The notes beneath the pieces were generated by a model. It made no database searches and was not told the origin of the DNA. It saw only the letters and a program-made list of their open reading frames with translations. This document shows positions 22,134-35,199 of a stretch of DNA of 64,000 bases, one piece after another. Made by a program: the position numbers and the translations under genes. The DNA lies in assembly GCF_000143415.4 (NCBI RefSeq), contig NW_003314338.1, positions 769,995-833,994 of the forward strand, in the 5' to 3' direction. This stretch comes from Selaginella moellendorffii. Lineage: Eukaryota; Plantae; Lycopodiophyta. Every line of letters starts with the position of its first letter. Within the stretch, counting starts at the first letter, position 1.

Positions 22134-22464
22134 GAGAGCTACTGCTGAGACAAAACTTTATCAAAATATCTAATAAGACATAATTAAGAAAATATAGATT
22201 TGAAAAATTGGATTAATAAATAAGAATAATTAAGCAAACCAAACATATAAAGATTCCATGTATTCAAAACAGTAACAGTTTCAGCAAATAACAGCAGCAA
22301 GATCAGGATTAGGATCATTCAGGATCCAAAAGGAGGAAGTAGCAGCAAAGGAAAGCCAAGCAGGAAACTTTGAGTGTAGCAGAGAAGTAGTAGCAGTAAA
22401 GGTTATTATCTAGAAGCAGGATTAGAAGCTACACTGAAATGCAAATAAAATATTATAAAAGCTT

Positions 22465-23040
22465 ACCAGTTACAATGAGAGGCCTCTCCACTTTCGCAAG
22501 CTGGTCCCATGCCATGATCAGAAAAGCTCGATGATTCTGGCCAAACACCTGCAAGCATAGGAATTCGATTATAATCGAAGTCAAACGTTCACAAGAAATA
22601 AACAATGCCTACCTGAATCCAAAACACCAATGATGATAATTTTGGAATACTTTATCGACAGCAGTTATGTTTCGCTAGTTTCACTGATACCGGAAAAGGA
22701 CTCGTCTCCATTTCCATAGAGACCGAGAAATTTTGTTGTATGTAGCTCATAATTTAGATTGGGAAAAGACAGAAAGCACACCTGCAGAAAGAAAAGATTT
22801 TAGTTGAAAAGATAAATATAAATACTGAATACGATAAATCTTAGCAGCTGCTTCTTCTGTAAGACGAGGTGAGAAGCCACGAAATCCATGCTTGTAGCTA
22901 AAACCCAGAGCAGCTTGAGAACTGATTCAGGAACAAATGAAATTTTGAATTCTAGAAGAACGTTCTCCAAAACAGCGTAGTGTGAATTGGTACGATGTCA
23001 ATATGTCTAAAGTAAATGATGTGCGTGTCTCCTCCCTGGA
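22465..23040 (-). pseudogene. Subtilase 5' relic, inverted relative to the downstream cluster
   Basis: [43 protein letters not shown] with exon borders like the intact subtilases; frameshifted and truncated. Confidence 0.85.
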
Positions 23041-23318
23041 AAACAACTCTAAGAAACAAGGTGAATGGTTGCAAAGAATCGATCAAACCTGAGAGCTAGC
23101 CACGCCAACCAAACTGATACAAAGATCCAGCCATCGAAGACAAACCACAGAGAAATCGATTCCAGGTCCGGGAATTTTATATCCATTTCCAAGGACTTCA
23201 ATAGCATAGAGAAAGCTATGTTGTGAAAACGAGTAAGCACAGCGTAAGTTTTGGAAGCTCGTCTGCATGTAAATGCTCACACGACCCTAACCAAAAGACA
23301 AAGGCCTAGCTGATGGAT

Positions 23319-25317
23319 CTACAAGTTGCAAGGCCGGAACACGTTAAAGCCATCGCCAGCGGTAGAAACCAAAAGCCCGTGAATTTGAGGATGCCAGTGC
23401 ACTTCCTTCATATCCTTCTGTCCCTGCAGCGAGTGTCAGAAAATGGAGCCCAAAAGCTCCCAGCTTGCCTGGTGAACGAAAAGCAGTTGGGCCGGCAAGT
23501 TCTCTGGAGCCGCCGCTTGCTCCTGTCCCAGCTCCATTTGGTATTGAGCCTCTTCCTCGGTATCACGCTCCAGCGCTACGTCCCAGATACTACACAAGTG
23601 ACACTTTAGTTCTTGCGCGTTGACGAAACTAGAGGCTTACGTTAGCTGGTTGTCCGCAGAGGCAACAGCCAGAGTGGACTCTTCGTGGGGGCTCCATTCG
23701 ATCGACGTGATATACGAACTATGGTGCGTGAAGTGCGCCACGGCGGAATCTTCCTGAAACCGAAGAGGTTGTGCAAGATTAGCAGAAAAGTATCAAAAGG
23801 GGTATGTACTTACTTTGAACGCCCGGAGATCCCACACGCGGAAGACGCCATTGTCACTTCCTGATGCTAGTAGGCAGGATGCCGACCTGAGAACAGACTA
23901 GTTAGATAAACGAAAAAGAAGTAGAAAATTGCACTTGTTTTTGTTCCAGGAGATGACGTTAACGTCTGTGTCATGAGCTTTTACAGACAGCTCTTTTCTT
24001 CGAGATCGTAAATCCCAAATACCAATGGTTTTGTCCACTGAGCAAGAAGCAAACACATTTTCCTCTGAAGGACTCCACTGATCAAGCACACTGAGTTAGA
24101 ACAGATATGAAGTGAAAATAATACAACCTGTAAGTCCTCCACACTGCGACTATGTCCAAGGCAATGCGCGTTCCCCACGTTCCATCTTCCCCCAGGCATC
24201 GGCTCCCAGAAATGGATCACTCCCTTGCAATCCCCTTGTATGGAAACCTTAACTTAGCACATAGCCTAGCACGAGTCCGAGACAGGTTACCAGAAAGGAA
24301 ACGTCCGGGAGTCATCGGGCTCCAATCCATGGCAAAACCTTCATCTTTATGCGCTTTACATATTTGAAGAGGAGGATGGGAGGTACGTTTGCTGCTTCCA
24401 GCGTCATTGTTTGTAGCTACAGCATTAAGTTGGGACGAAAAGTCCCACATCTGAAGGAAGAAAAACATCACACACACGTAGAGAACTATTGTTGAAAACC
24501 AAAAACTCAAACCTGGACAAAGCCTTCAGCAGACCATGATGCAACAATATGAGGTTGTTGTGGCATGGATCGGATGCGATTCACACACCCCTGGTGAGGC
24601 ACCATTCGTTCCTAAAGAAAAACATAAGAAAAACTGAATTCCACAAAAAAGAGAGAAGAGAGAAGAGAGAATTACCTCCAGCTTAGGAATTTTACTCGAC
24701 TCGTCTGGTGCGGGCGTTGGCGTTTCTTGGTCTTGTTCATCCTCGCTATCGTCACTCTCGCTTCCACTCTCGTCGTTGGAAACAGCGTTGGGCGATCGTT
24801 TCTTTCCAGTCAAGTTGGACAGCTTCACGATGGCAATTGTGTTGCTGGTCGACGCATCTGCCTGCCAGTTACACGTAAAAACGCTAGCTTTTAGAGCTTT
24901 GATCCGAAATGAAAAAAAGAACAACCTGTGTTCCGGCCACGCAAAACATCGTGTGAGGAAATTCATGTCGCAAAGCTCCCAGTGTATCTCTCACGATGTC
25001 AAAGCTGAAATATAAAAATTAAAGCACACAATGGAAATGGAGAAAAAGCTCTTTCAACGAAGAGAATTTCAAAGAATACCTCAAACACGGCCATCCCAAG
25101 TGAAATGCGTGAAGGCAGTCATAAGTAGATGGATCGAATTGCAATTCCTCGTCCTTTTCCAGCGTATCAACTCCAGGACGCCATACCTGGGATGCTATCT
25201 CAATCCAATCTCGCCATCTCAATCGCTCACCTTTGGAACGGGGGCGGGCGGGGCCGATGGAGCCGCCACATTTCGCCTGACCGCCGCCGGCCTTCGCTTC
25301 TTCCCTGTCCGCGCCAT
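23319..25317 (-). CDS. GRWD1: Glutamate-rich WD40 protein (GRWD1/Rrb1 orthologue), multi-exon
   Basis: [86 protein letters not shown]...[17 protein letters not shown]. Confidence 0.93.
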
Positions 25318-25557
25318 AAACCCTAAATTCGTGGTTTAGGGCTTTGGTGTTTCGTCCACGTCAGCAGTCCATGCAGCCGGCCAATCAGCGTTGCCGAGGT
25401 ACACCGACGCGGATTGTGCTTTCTCAAACGCATCCCAGCCGTGCGTTGCATCTCGGTCGTTACTATTTAAGAGTCATGCGCTCCATTGTTCTTCCATTTT
25501 AGGGTTTTTAGAGCGGGGCAAACCCTTGCGCTTCGTCTTCAGCTTTGCGATTTCTCA
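25318..25557. promoter_or_regulatory. 240-bp bidirectional GRWD1 / H3.3 promoter with plant histone-type motifs
   Basis: Telo-box AAACCCTAA 25318-25326 and TTAGGGTTT near 25499; hexamer CCACGTCA 25356-25363; CCAAT 25381; octamer-like CGCGGATT 25408-25415; TATTTAA 25464-25470. Confidence 0.65.
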
Positions 25558-26165
<608 letters not shown>

Positions 26166-26399
26166 GCCATGGCTACCAGACTGCTTCTAGCACTACTACT
26201 AGTACTGCCGTGATTGATATAAAAAGCTTTCTTTGATATACCTTTCCTGTAATATACTACTACTGCTAGTTTGACTCCCAAGGTTGTTCTTTTAGATTTG
26301 GTCTATTTCTCAATTATAGTCTTTTTTATCTTAATTCACAGCTGTTGCAAGCTCTCCCGTCTCTAAGCTCCAAGCTGATAGAGCCACTGCCGTTACTTG

Positions 26400-27410
26400 C
26401 CTCTAAGAAACTTGTACTGCTCGGAGCCTTCTCTCCAGTCGATCTCGGAATCGGAACTTAAACATCCCATAGTCTACTGCGTTCATAGTGTTAGAACTGA
26501 TTGAACAGTGGAAACCACGAAGAAGACTGGCCAAACAGTGGTTTCTATTCAAAAAATAACTCTGGTGGAGTTCCTCTCCAGACAAGTTTCAAGATACCAC
26601 TGAATAATCCATCTAAATACTGGTAAGTTAGGAATCTCCCATGGGTATTTATCGTTTTTGGTCGAGAAAATGTTTGTAGAGCACCGTGGCTGTAGCTATT
26701 GTATTGATTCGATCCATCTCGCTCTTTCTGAAAGAACCGTTGGTGCATACATTAGAACAAACTTTGTAAGCATTTTCTCCGAAAACACCTTTTCAAGATC
26801 TCCGAAAACTACTATTCTTTGTAAGGACTCTTCTGGCGGGTATGGACGTAGCTAAATCTCTGCCTCAAACAAAGGGATCTCGCCACCCTATAGTCCTTGC
26901 AGTACAACAAAATATCACAGTTTTTTTCAATGTAAGCTCACGACCAAGAAGAACATGTTTTACACTTGAAATTTACCACACATGTCTCCACGACTATAAG
27001 TTTGTGTAACTCCTGGAGAGGCCCAAGTTTCGTCCGATTCAAGTAATCCCCAAAGAACAAAAGGCTTGGCTTCGTGCGTTCCATATCCACTCGTCCAGGC
27101 AACAGTCATCTGAAGAGATCTGTTTTAAATTACCTGAAACTGGCTGGAGAGAAGACCCCAATCCAATCAGAATCGTGACCATGGGCAGAGGCATCGAGAT
27201 TTTTGAAGGAGACCTTGACATTTGCAACATTCTGGAACTGTGCAAAGGACGACATGATCACAAGTAATTTTCTTAGCTGACCTTGGATGGTAGGAGAAAC
27301 ACGAATTTCAGCCAAACTATCAATGGCATTGTCAAAGTTAATGCCGGAGCAAGGGTGCTGCTCACCATAGCTAAACAGCGATCCCAAAAGAACAATTAAG
27401 AGGATCCATT
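26400..27410 (-). pseudogene. Purple acid phosphatase (PAP1/24/27-type) pseudogene
   Basis: DSDWIGVFSPASF, SLQRIVVFGDL, ERDGSNQYNSY, VDYGMFKF fragments interrupted by frameshifts and deletions. Confidence 0.75.
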
Positions 27411-27694
27411 GACCTGAGTAAGGATATTCCTTAAGTATAACTGGATAATTGTGCTTAGTTCGCGTTTAACATTTATCAAAACTTTCGACCGTACACCTTT
27501 CGTGCTTTGCTAGCCACAAACTGAGGATACCACAACACTACGTGGCACATCCTCAGTGGCCTCTCGAGATTTGCTCTCTACACGCTGGCAAATCTCCTGG
27601 CTGGTATATATCCCCGTCGCAAACGCTCAGCCTCCATCGCCCTCGCTGTGCTTGCTCTATTCTTCGTCTTCCTTTCTTCGTCTTAACCTTAGAT

Positions 27695-28824
27695 ATGGCG
27701 GCGTCGGCTTCGGCGATCAGCAGCTCCTCCTTCTCCGGCCAGACTGCGCTCAAGAGCCCCAATGAGCTCTCCAGGAAGGTCGGAAATCTGGGAGAGGCAC
27801 GCACCGTGATGAGGCGAACCAGGGCCAGCACTCCCGATAGCATTTGGTAAGTCGAGATCTCCCTCTCCAGCAACCTGCATTCCCTGTTTCGTGTAGAAGA
27901 AAGTAGCAATACCTTGATCGCGGAGCTCCATTTCTTAAAAGATCATAGTCGCTGATCTTCACACCATTTCCTCCGCGTTCTTGAAAGATATAGCTTTGTT
28001 GTCTCCATACCATTTCCTTCGAGCTCTTGAAAGTTCATAGTCGCTAACTTTGTTATCTCCACACCATTTCCTTCGAGCTCTTCAAAGCTCACAGTCGCTG
28101 ACTTGGTTGTCTCCACACCATTTCCTTCGAGCTCTTGAAAGATCATAGTCGCTAACTTTGTTGTATCCACAGGTATGGTCCAGACCGACCAAAGTTCCTC
28201 GGCCCCTTCTCCGAGCAGACACCCTCCTACCTCACCGGCGAGTTTCCTGGCGACTACGGCTGGGATACCGCGGGTCTCTCGGCCGACCCCGAGACGTTCG
28301 CCAAAAACCGGGAGCTCGAAGTCATCCACTCCCGCTGGGCCATGCTCGGAGCTCTCGGCTGCGTCACCCCCGAGCTTCTCGCCAAGAACGGCATCAAGTT
28401 TGGCGAGGCTGTGTGGTTCAAGGCCGGCTCGCAGATCTTCAAGGAAGGTGGCCTCGACTACCTGGGAAATCCCAACCTCGTCCACGCACAGAGCATCCTT
28501 GCCATCTGGGCCAGCCAAGTTATCCTCATGGGAGCCGTCGAAGGCTACAGAGTTGGAGGTGGACCGCTCGGCGAGGGACTGGACAAGATCTACCCCGGAG
28601 GTGCGTTTGATCCGCTCGGACTCGCTGACGACCCGGATACTTTCGCTGAGCTCAAGGTGAAGGAGTTGAAGAACGGCAGACTGGCGATGTTCTCCATGTT
28701 TGGTTTCTTCACTCAGGCCATTGTTACAGGCAAGGGACCCATCGAGAACTTGCTCGACCACCTTGACAACCCCACCGTCAACAATGCCTGGGCGTATGCA
28801 ACCAACTTCACTCCCGGATCTTAG
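27695..28824 (+). CDS. LHCB2: Major LHCII chlorophyll a/b-binding protein, Lhcb2-type, 2 exons
   Basis: Transit peptide, then [47 protein letters not shown]; one intron 27847-28172 inside the Trp codon; G-box-like ACGTGG near 27540. Confidence 0.93.
27940..28172 (+). repeat. 54-bp tandem repeat (about 4 copies) forming the 3' part of the LHCB intron
   Basis: ACACCATTTCCTTCGAGCTCTTGAAAGNTCATAGTCGCTAACTTTGTTNTNTCC at 28007, 28061, 28115 and a degenerate copy at 27961. Confidence 0.95.
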
Positions 28825-29226
28825 ACGCTTCAATTTGCAAAGAAAAAAAAGAAAAAGATGTTGTTCCGAGATCACTGTAAACCAGAATAAAACATGCTTA
28901 CTTCTTGTCACTGTTGACACTTAGGAACTTGTTGTGAAGAGCAGTGATCCTGTTGGACTTGACAAAGAAGATCCCCGTGTGCCATCGAGGTTGCAAAGCT
29001 CCTCGTTGAGAACAGAATAAAAAAACTTTACGTGATTATACACGACATGGAACCATTTCCTGTTATCAAAGCTATGCATTGCCTCTGGAAAACTCATTGA
29101 GAATCAGCAAAAAGAAACAAGGAAGCCTGAACTAGTAACTTACCTTAATCGATTGTTGGGTGAACAAGCAGTGCCAAATCTCGTAAAAGACGGTATCAGA
29201 CAAGTGAAACAAGAAAAACGAAAGAA

Positions 29227-31226
29227 TCAATTCCAAGGAGAGTTTTCTATAGGCATGAGAATGGACTTGTGCTGGAGATATGGAAGCAACCCTTCGTATC
29301 CATTCTCTCGACCGATTCCACTCATCTTGTAGCCTCCAAACGGTACTGCTGGTCCTGCTCTCAGGTAGCAATTCACGTAGACAACGCCCGATTTGATCGA
29401 CCTGGTCAGAAGATTGACTGTGTCAATGTTTTTGCTGAAGACCGCCGCTGCTAGACCGTAGTGTGTGCTGTTTGCAAGCTCCACGGCTTCGTCAAGAGTC
29501 CTGACTCAGTGAAGTAATGACCATCAGATAAACCAAGGTATAAACGAAGTCTTCTTACTTGAACTTGAGCACTGAAAGCACGGGACCAAATATTTCCTCG
29601 TTGGCAATCTTCATGGATTGCTACACAAATGTCCTGGATGTTTTGAGAAAAGAGTAAGAGAATCTTAACACAGCAAACCTTGACGTCTCCAAAAATTGTT
29701 GGCTGGATGTAAAATCCTTTCTCGCCGATGCGTTTGCCTCCCACTAGAAGGCTGGCACCTTCTTTTTTTCCCGACTCAATGTAGCTCAAAACTTTGTCCA
29801 GCTGCTCCTGGTTGATCTGATAAAACAGCTCGTGACTAGTATCCGAAAGATGAAGAGAAGATATTTTCTTACTTGGGGACCATTTTGGACTCCGGATTGG
29901 AAAGGATCTCCAATTACACGTTCGCTTGCCAGCTTGACAGACCTCTTGATAAACTCGTCATGAATACTTTCGTGAACAAAGACTCGCGATGCAGCAACAC
30001 AGACTTGTCCCTGAAACACATGTCATCATTTCCAAACAAGTTCCCATCCTGAAAATTTCACCTGATGCATGAAAATGGCATTTTGAGAAACGGCCACAGC
30101 CGAGTCCAAGTCGGCATCCTCGCAGATTATAAACGGAGATTTGCCACCAAGCTCCAGTGTGACGGGCTTTAAGTTGCTTCTCGCAGCACTCTCCATTATC
30201 ATTCTTCCAACTTCAGTGGAACCAGTAAATGTGACCTGAGGAAAAAAAGAACTTTTCTTTTCAACTTTTCTTTTCAATTGCAAGCTTTCTTACCTTATCC
30301 ACGCTCATATGCTTCGAAATCGCGGCTCCTGCAGTGGGACCATAACCAGGAATAACATTGAGGACTCCCGCGGGAATCCCTGCCTATATTCGTGAAGAAA
30401 AAATGACTTTTTGTAGTGCAAGTCTTTCTTACCTCTTGAGAAAGACTCGCCAGGAGCAGTCCTGTCAAAGGTGTCTGCTCGGCAACCTTGACAACGATCG
30501 TATTTCCACAAGTTAACGCAGACCCGACTTTGTTGAGAAACATATGAGCCGGGAAGTTCCACGGAACAATCGCTCCAACCACACCAATTGGCTCCAAAAG
30601 GGTGTAGCACATCCGAGTAGAATCTGTTCGCAAGGTCTTTCCATTGAGCTTGTCAGCCCAGCCTGAGAAAAAAAAAGCCACTCCACTGGTTCAGCAGTGT
30701 TTCGATATTGAAAATATGTTTGTAGTACCTGCATTGTATCGCAGAGAGGCAACCGAACCCGCAATTATCCGCTTTGCTTAGATCGATCAACATTCCGTTG
30801 TTGAGGGTCTCAAGAGTTGCCAGTTCGTCGAGATGTTCCTCGATCACATCCGCGAACTTGTAAAGTATCCTTCCTCTTTCCTACCAAACGAGCATGAACA
30901 AAAGATAAATAAGAAGGAAGAAGGAAGACGGAAGAACTCACAGCAGCACCAAGGCGTGGCCAGGGCCCGTGGTCAAATGCTTCTCGCGCGGCTCTCACGG
31001 CCAGATCCACATCCGCCGCGTCTCCCTCGGCGACTTGAGCAATACATTCCGAGTTGCTGGGATTGAAAGTGGGGAACGTCTTGCCTGCGAAAGATCGACA
31101 AAACCATTTCACTCTCACCACAAAAGCACAAGAAAAGCAAAGATCACAACCTGAGACAGCGTCCACGAATCGCCCATCGATGAAGAGCTTGGTGTGCTTG
31201 ACGAGATCCTTGGCATCGCTCCCCAT
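29227..31226 (-). pseudogene. Family-2 aldehyde dehydrogenase (cytosolic, ALDH2C-like), copy 1; complete but with a +1 frameshift near 30772
   Basis: [53 protein letters not shown]; reads AGC AAA GCG GAT AAT where copy 3 reads AGC AAG GGG ATA ATT. Confidence 0.8.
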
Positions 31227-32061
31227 ATCTTTTTTACTTTGCTGCTATCCAAGCCTCGAGTAGTATATACCGGTGCGAATACCAATGCGATATGATATCG
31301 ACGTGGACCTGTTATTTCAGTGGTAGGTATGGTGGCCAAAAACTTCGTAAAAAGGATTGACAAACGCAAATGTTGATAAACTAGCATCAAAACACATTTA
31401 CCGTTCGGTGATGCAGCACTGTTAGGTGCGAAGATTGAAATAAGGGAGAGACAACTCACTTTCTCCGATGGTCACAGAAGTTGGGGGGTCTGCTTAAACA
31501 TGAATCTTCACAGGACTCCTCTCAGTTAAATTGAGGCTCTCTCCAAACCTTAGAAAGATGTTGCCAAATTTTATGTCCATGATGTTTTTTCATCCCCAAC
31601 ATGCACTCTAAGCATTCATTCTACTTCATGAACTGAAGGAAAAACTTTAAAAAGAATATACAATATAACAATAATTTTAATTTTAAATATTCTAGACCCA
31701 TCTTTCCTAGAATGCCTGCTAGAAGTACGTGATGCAAACCAGTATTAACAGCGTCTGGATGAAGAACACTCCCCATGAGTGTTTCCTCCTTGTCCTTGGA
31801 AATCAATCAAGCTGAGAAAGAACTACTATAATCTGTCAGCTAGTGATGCTAAATTCTTGTGATATAATTTAACAACGACAAATTCTCCTGAATAAGTCGT
31901 ATTCCAATGAGCTATAATTTGTAAACTCGTGATATACTTAACATCACTAGCCCAGTCAAACAAGGCGGCCTGAGATGCGCGTCACAGGAAATTTTCCGCA
32001 GTTTCCAATATAAATGATTACATCTTCTTCCTGCAATTCTCAAATACAATTCTTCGAGTTC

Positions 32062-34905
32062 ATGGCGCTCTCAATCTGTTTATACTTTCTTCTAAGTTTA
32101 AGTGCCATCTCCATCTCTCAGGTCTTTACCTTTCTTATCTCGCACGAGACAATCTTTTAAAGCCCATAGTTTGATTTTATTTCCAGGGACGAGATCAAGG
32201 AGACACTCACATTGTCTATTTGGGGAATGTCGATAAATCCCTCCATCCAGACGCTGTTACAAGCTCCCATCACGCACTCCTTGGGGATGTTCTAGGAAGG
32301 TAAAACTCCAGAAGAAAAAAATTATGAATTCATCCAAATTCGTGTATTCCAGTGTCAAAGCTGCCAGAGAATCAATCGGTTTTAGCTACAGGCATGGATT
32401 TAGTGGCTTCTCGGCTCGTTTGACAGAAGAACAAGCTTCTAAACTCTCTGGTAACGCATCATAGAAACATTATACATAATCTAAGTCAGTCTTTATCCAT
32501 ATTGCAGGCCTCCCAAACGTCTTGTCCGTCTTTCGCAATGAAATCCACACGGTCCACACCACAAACTCATGGGAATTTCTGGGACTCTATGGAAGCGGAG
32601 AGAAATCCTTGTTTGGTGCTAGTGAAGCTACTGAATCATCGTGGTTATGGAAGAAATCAAAATTCGGCAAGGACGTTATCATTGGTGTTTTGGATTCAGG
32701 TATTTCTCTCTTTCTTTTTGTTTTCAGGTGGGCAGGAGAAGGTCCGCCAACTTTGCTAGCATGGGAGAGGGCTTGGACTAATGTTGGTTTTCCCAGGAGT
32801 ATGGCCAGAGTCGGAAAGCTTTTCGGAACATGGCATGGGACCAATCCCCGAAAGATGGAAAGGAGCTTGCGAAACTGGGGAGCAATTCAACGCTTCTCAC
32901 TGCAACAAGTAAAAACAACACTCAAGTGAATTTAAAGTTTTTCAACTTATGATCTTTCAGGAAACTTATTGGTGCAAGATTCTTTTCCCACGGCCTACAG
33001 GATGGTCCTGAGGCTTATGCAAAAGCACACCAAGAAGTTCTTTCTCCGAGAGATGTTCACGGCCACGGAACTCACACGGCTTCCACTGCCGGAGGCCGAT
33101 TCGTGAGAAACGCAAACTGGCTTGGCTACGCAAAAGGCACTGCAAAAGGTGGCGCTCCAGACTCACGCCTCGCGATCTATAAGATATGCTGGAGAAACAT
33201 CACGGACGGCAGTGCAAGGTGCCCGGATTCTCACGTTCTCAGCGCATTTGATATGGGAATCCACGATGGCGTGGATATCATTTCTGCATCTTTTGGGGGT
33301 CCAGTGCGTGATTACTTCCTTGATTCTACGTCCATTAGAGCGTTCCATGCCATGCAGAAAGGCATTGTGGTGATAGCTTCTGCTGGAAACGAGCAGCAAA
33401 CTGAGGGTCCTGGCTCTGTGAAAAATGTAGCTCCTTGGGTCATCACTGTTGGAGCGAGCACTCTTGATCGATCCTATTTTGGAGACCTTTACCTTGGCAA
33501 CAATAAATCATTTCGGGGTTTAAGTATGACGGAGCAAAGATTAAAAAAGCGGTGGTATCATCTTGCTGCGGGAGCCGATGTTGGCTTGCCAACTTCCAAC
33601 TTTTCAGCCAGGTAAAATATCAAATCTATAGATGTGAGTTAAAGAAATATTAATGCTGCAGGCAATTGTGTATGAGCCAGTCTTTGGATCCCAAGAAAGT
33701 CCGGGGAAAGATTGTGGCATGCTTGAGAGGGCCGATGCATCCAGGATTCCAATCATTGGAAGTTTCTCGAGCTGGCGGAGCTGGGATTATCATTTGCAAC
33801 TCCACTCAAGTCGATCAAAATCCTAGAAATGAATTTCTTCCCTCAGTTCATGTCGATGAAGAAGTTGGACAAGCCATCTTTTCATATGTCAAATCTACAA
33901 GGTAAAATCTTTGTTCTTCTTTCTGTTTCTTACCTTTGTGAGCCTGGCAGAAATCCTGTAGCGGATATACAGCATCAGATATCATTGAGAAATCAAAAGC
34001 CTGCTCCTTTCATGGCACCTACTTCATCCTCTGGTCCCAACTTCATTGATCCAGACATTCTCAAGGTTTGTCAATGCTTTCTGTCTATTTGTTTTGGTAG
34101 TTTTTAAAGATTTTTGTTCTTTCAGCCCGATATTACAGCTCCAGGAGTAAAAATTCTAGCAGCATACACACAATTCAACAACTCAGAAGTACCATACCAA
34201 TTTTCATCTGGAACCTCCATGTCTTGCCCTCACGTCACTGGGATTGTCGCCCTACTAAAATCCTATCGTCCAGCCTGGAGTCCAGCAGCAATCAAATCAG
34301 CCATAGTAACAACAGGTAACTAAGTGCTACATCTTTGTTTGTTACTGACACTTCAAAACAAAACAGGTTACGCATTCGATAATCTTGGAGAACCAATCAA
34401 GAATTCATCACGAGCTCCTGCATCACCCTTTGATTTTGGTGGAGGGCATGTAAATCCAAATGCTGCTGCACACCCTGGCCTAGTATATGACGCCGACGAG
34501 CAAGACTACATTGGATATCTCTGCGGTCTGGGATACAACCAGACTGAACTTCAGATCCTCACGCAAACTTCCGCCAAGTGTCCCGACAACCCCACAGACC
34601 TCAACTATCCATCCATTGCCATCTCCGATTTGCGCCGCAGCAAAGTCGTGCAGAGGCGAGTGACGAACGTGGACGATGATGTGACGAACTACACGGCATC
34701 TATCGAGGCACCGGAGAGTGTGTCGGTGTCGGTTCATCCACCGGTGCTGCAGTTCAAGCACAAGGGCGAGCCGAAAACATTCCAGGTGATATTTAGAGTG
34801 GAGGACGACTCAAACATTGATAAGGCTGTTTTCGGGAAGCTGATATGGAGCAACGGAAAGTATACGGTCACTAGCCCCATTGCAGTTTACCCAAGCAGAT
34901 CTTAA
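32062..34905 (+). CDS. Secreted S8 subtilisin-like protease (subtilase A1), apparently intact, multi-exon
   Basis: Signal peptide [12 protein letters not shown]9 prodomain ([13 protein letters not shown]), [10 protein letters not shown], triad GVLDSG / HGTHTAST / [15 protein letters not shown] domain, LNYPSI and Fn3-like tail. Confidence 0.93.
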
Positions 34906-35199
34906 GCAATTTTTGGGATGGAATAAAATTTCGAAACATAGCAATGCGTGTTGGTGTTCTGGTAGATTTTTTGCCTCGAAGGCTCATGCAAAAGCCAATC
35001 AATTTCCAGACCATGGATGCCAAGGGCTCCAACTCTCAACGAACATCCATTGGAGCTTAATCATTTCAGTATAATCTTGGGGCAATATTGATCCCCTTAC
35101 CTATCGCATGCGAAGCAATTGCTCTACCATGTGAACTACACCCTTTTAACACACGCCATTTTTTATGTTCTCCATTATCACCCACAAAAGCATATTCGG

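Noticed and set aside
27943-28920. 325-aa minus-strand ORF with 18-aa repeats ([13 protein letters not shown])
   Set aside because: Antisense of LHCB exon 2; the repeats are the 54-bp intronic unit read backwards
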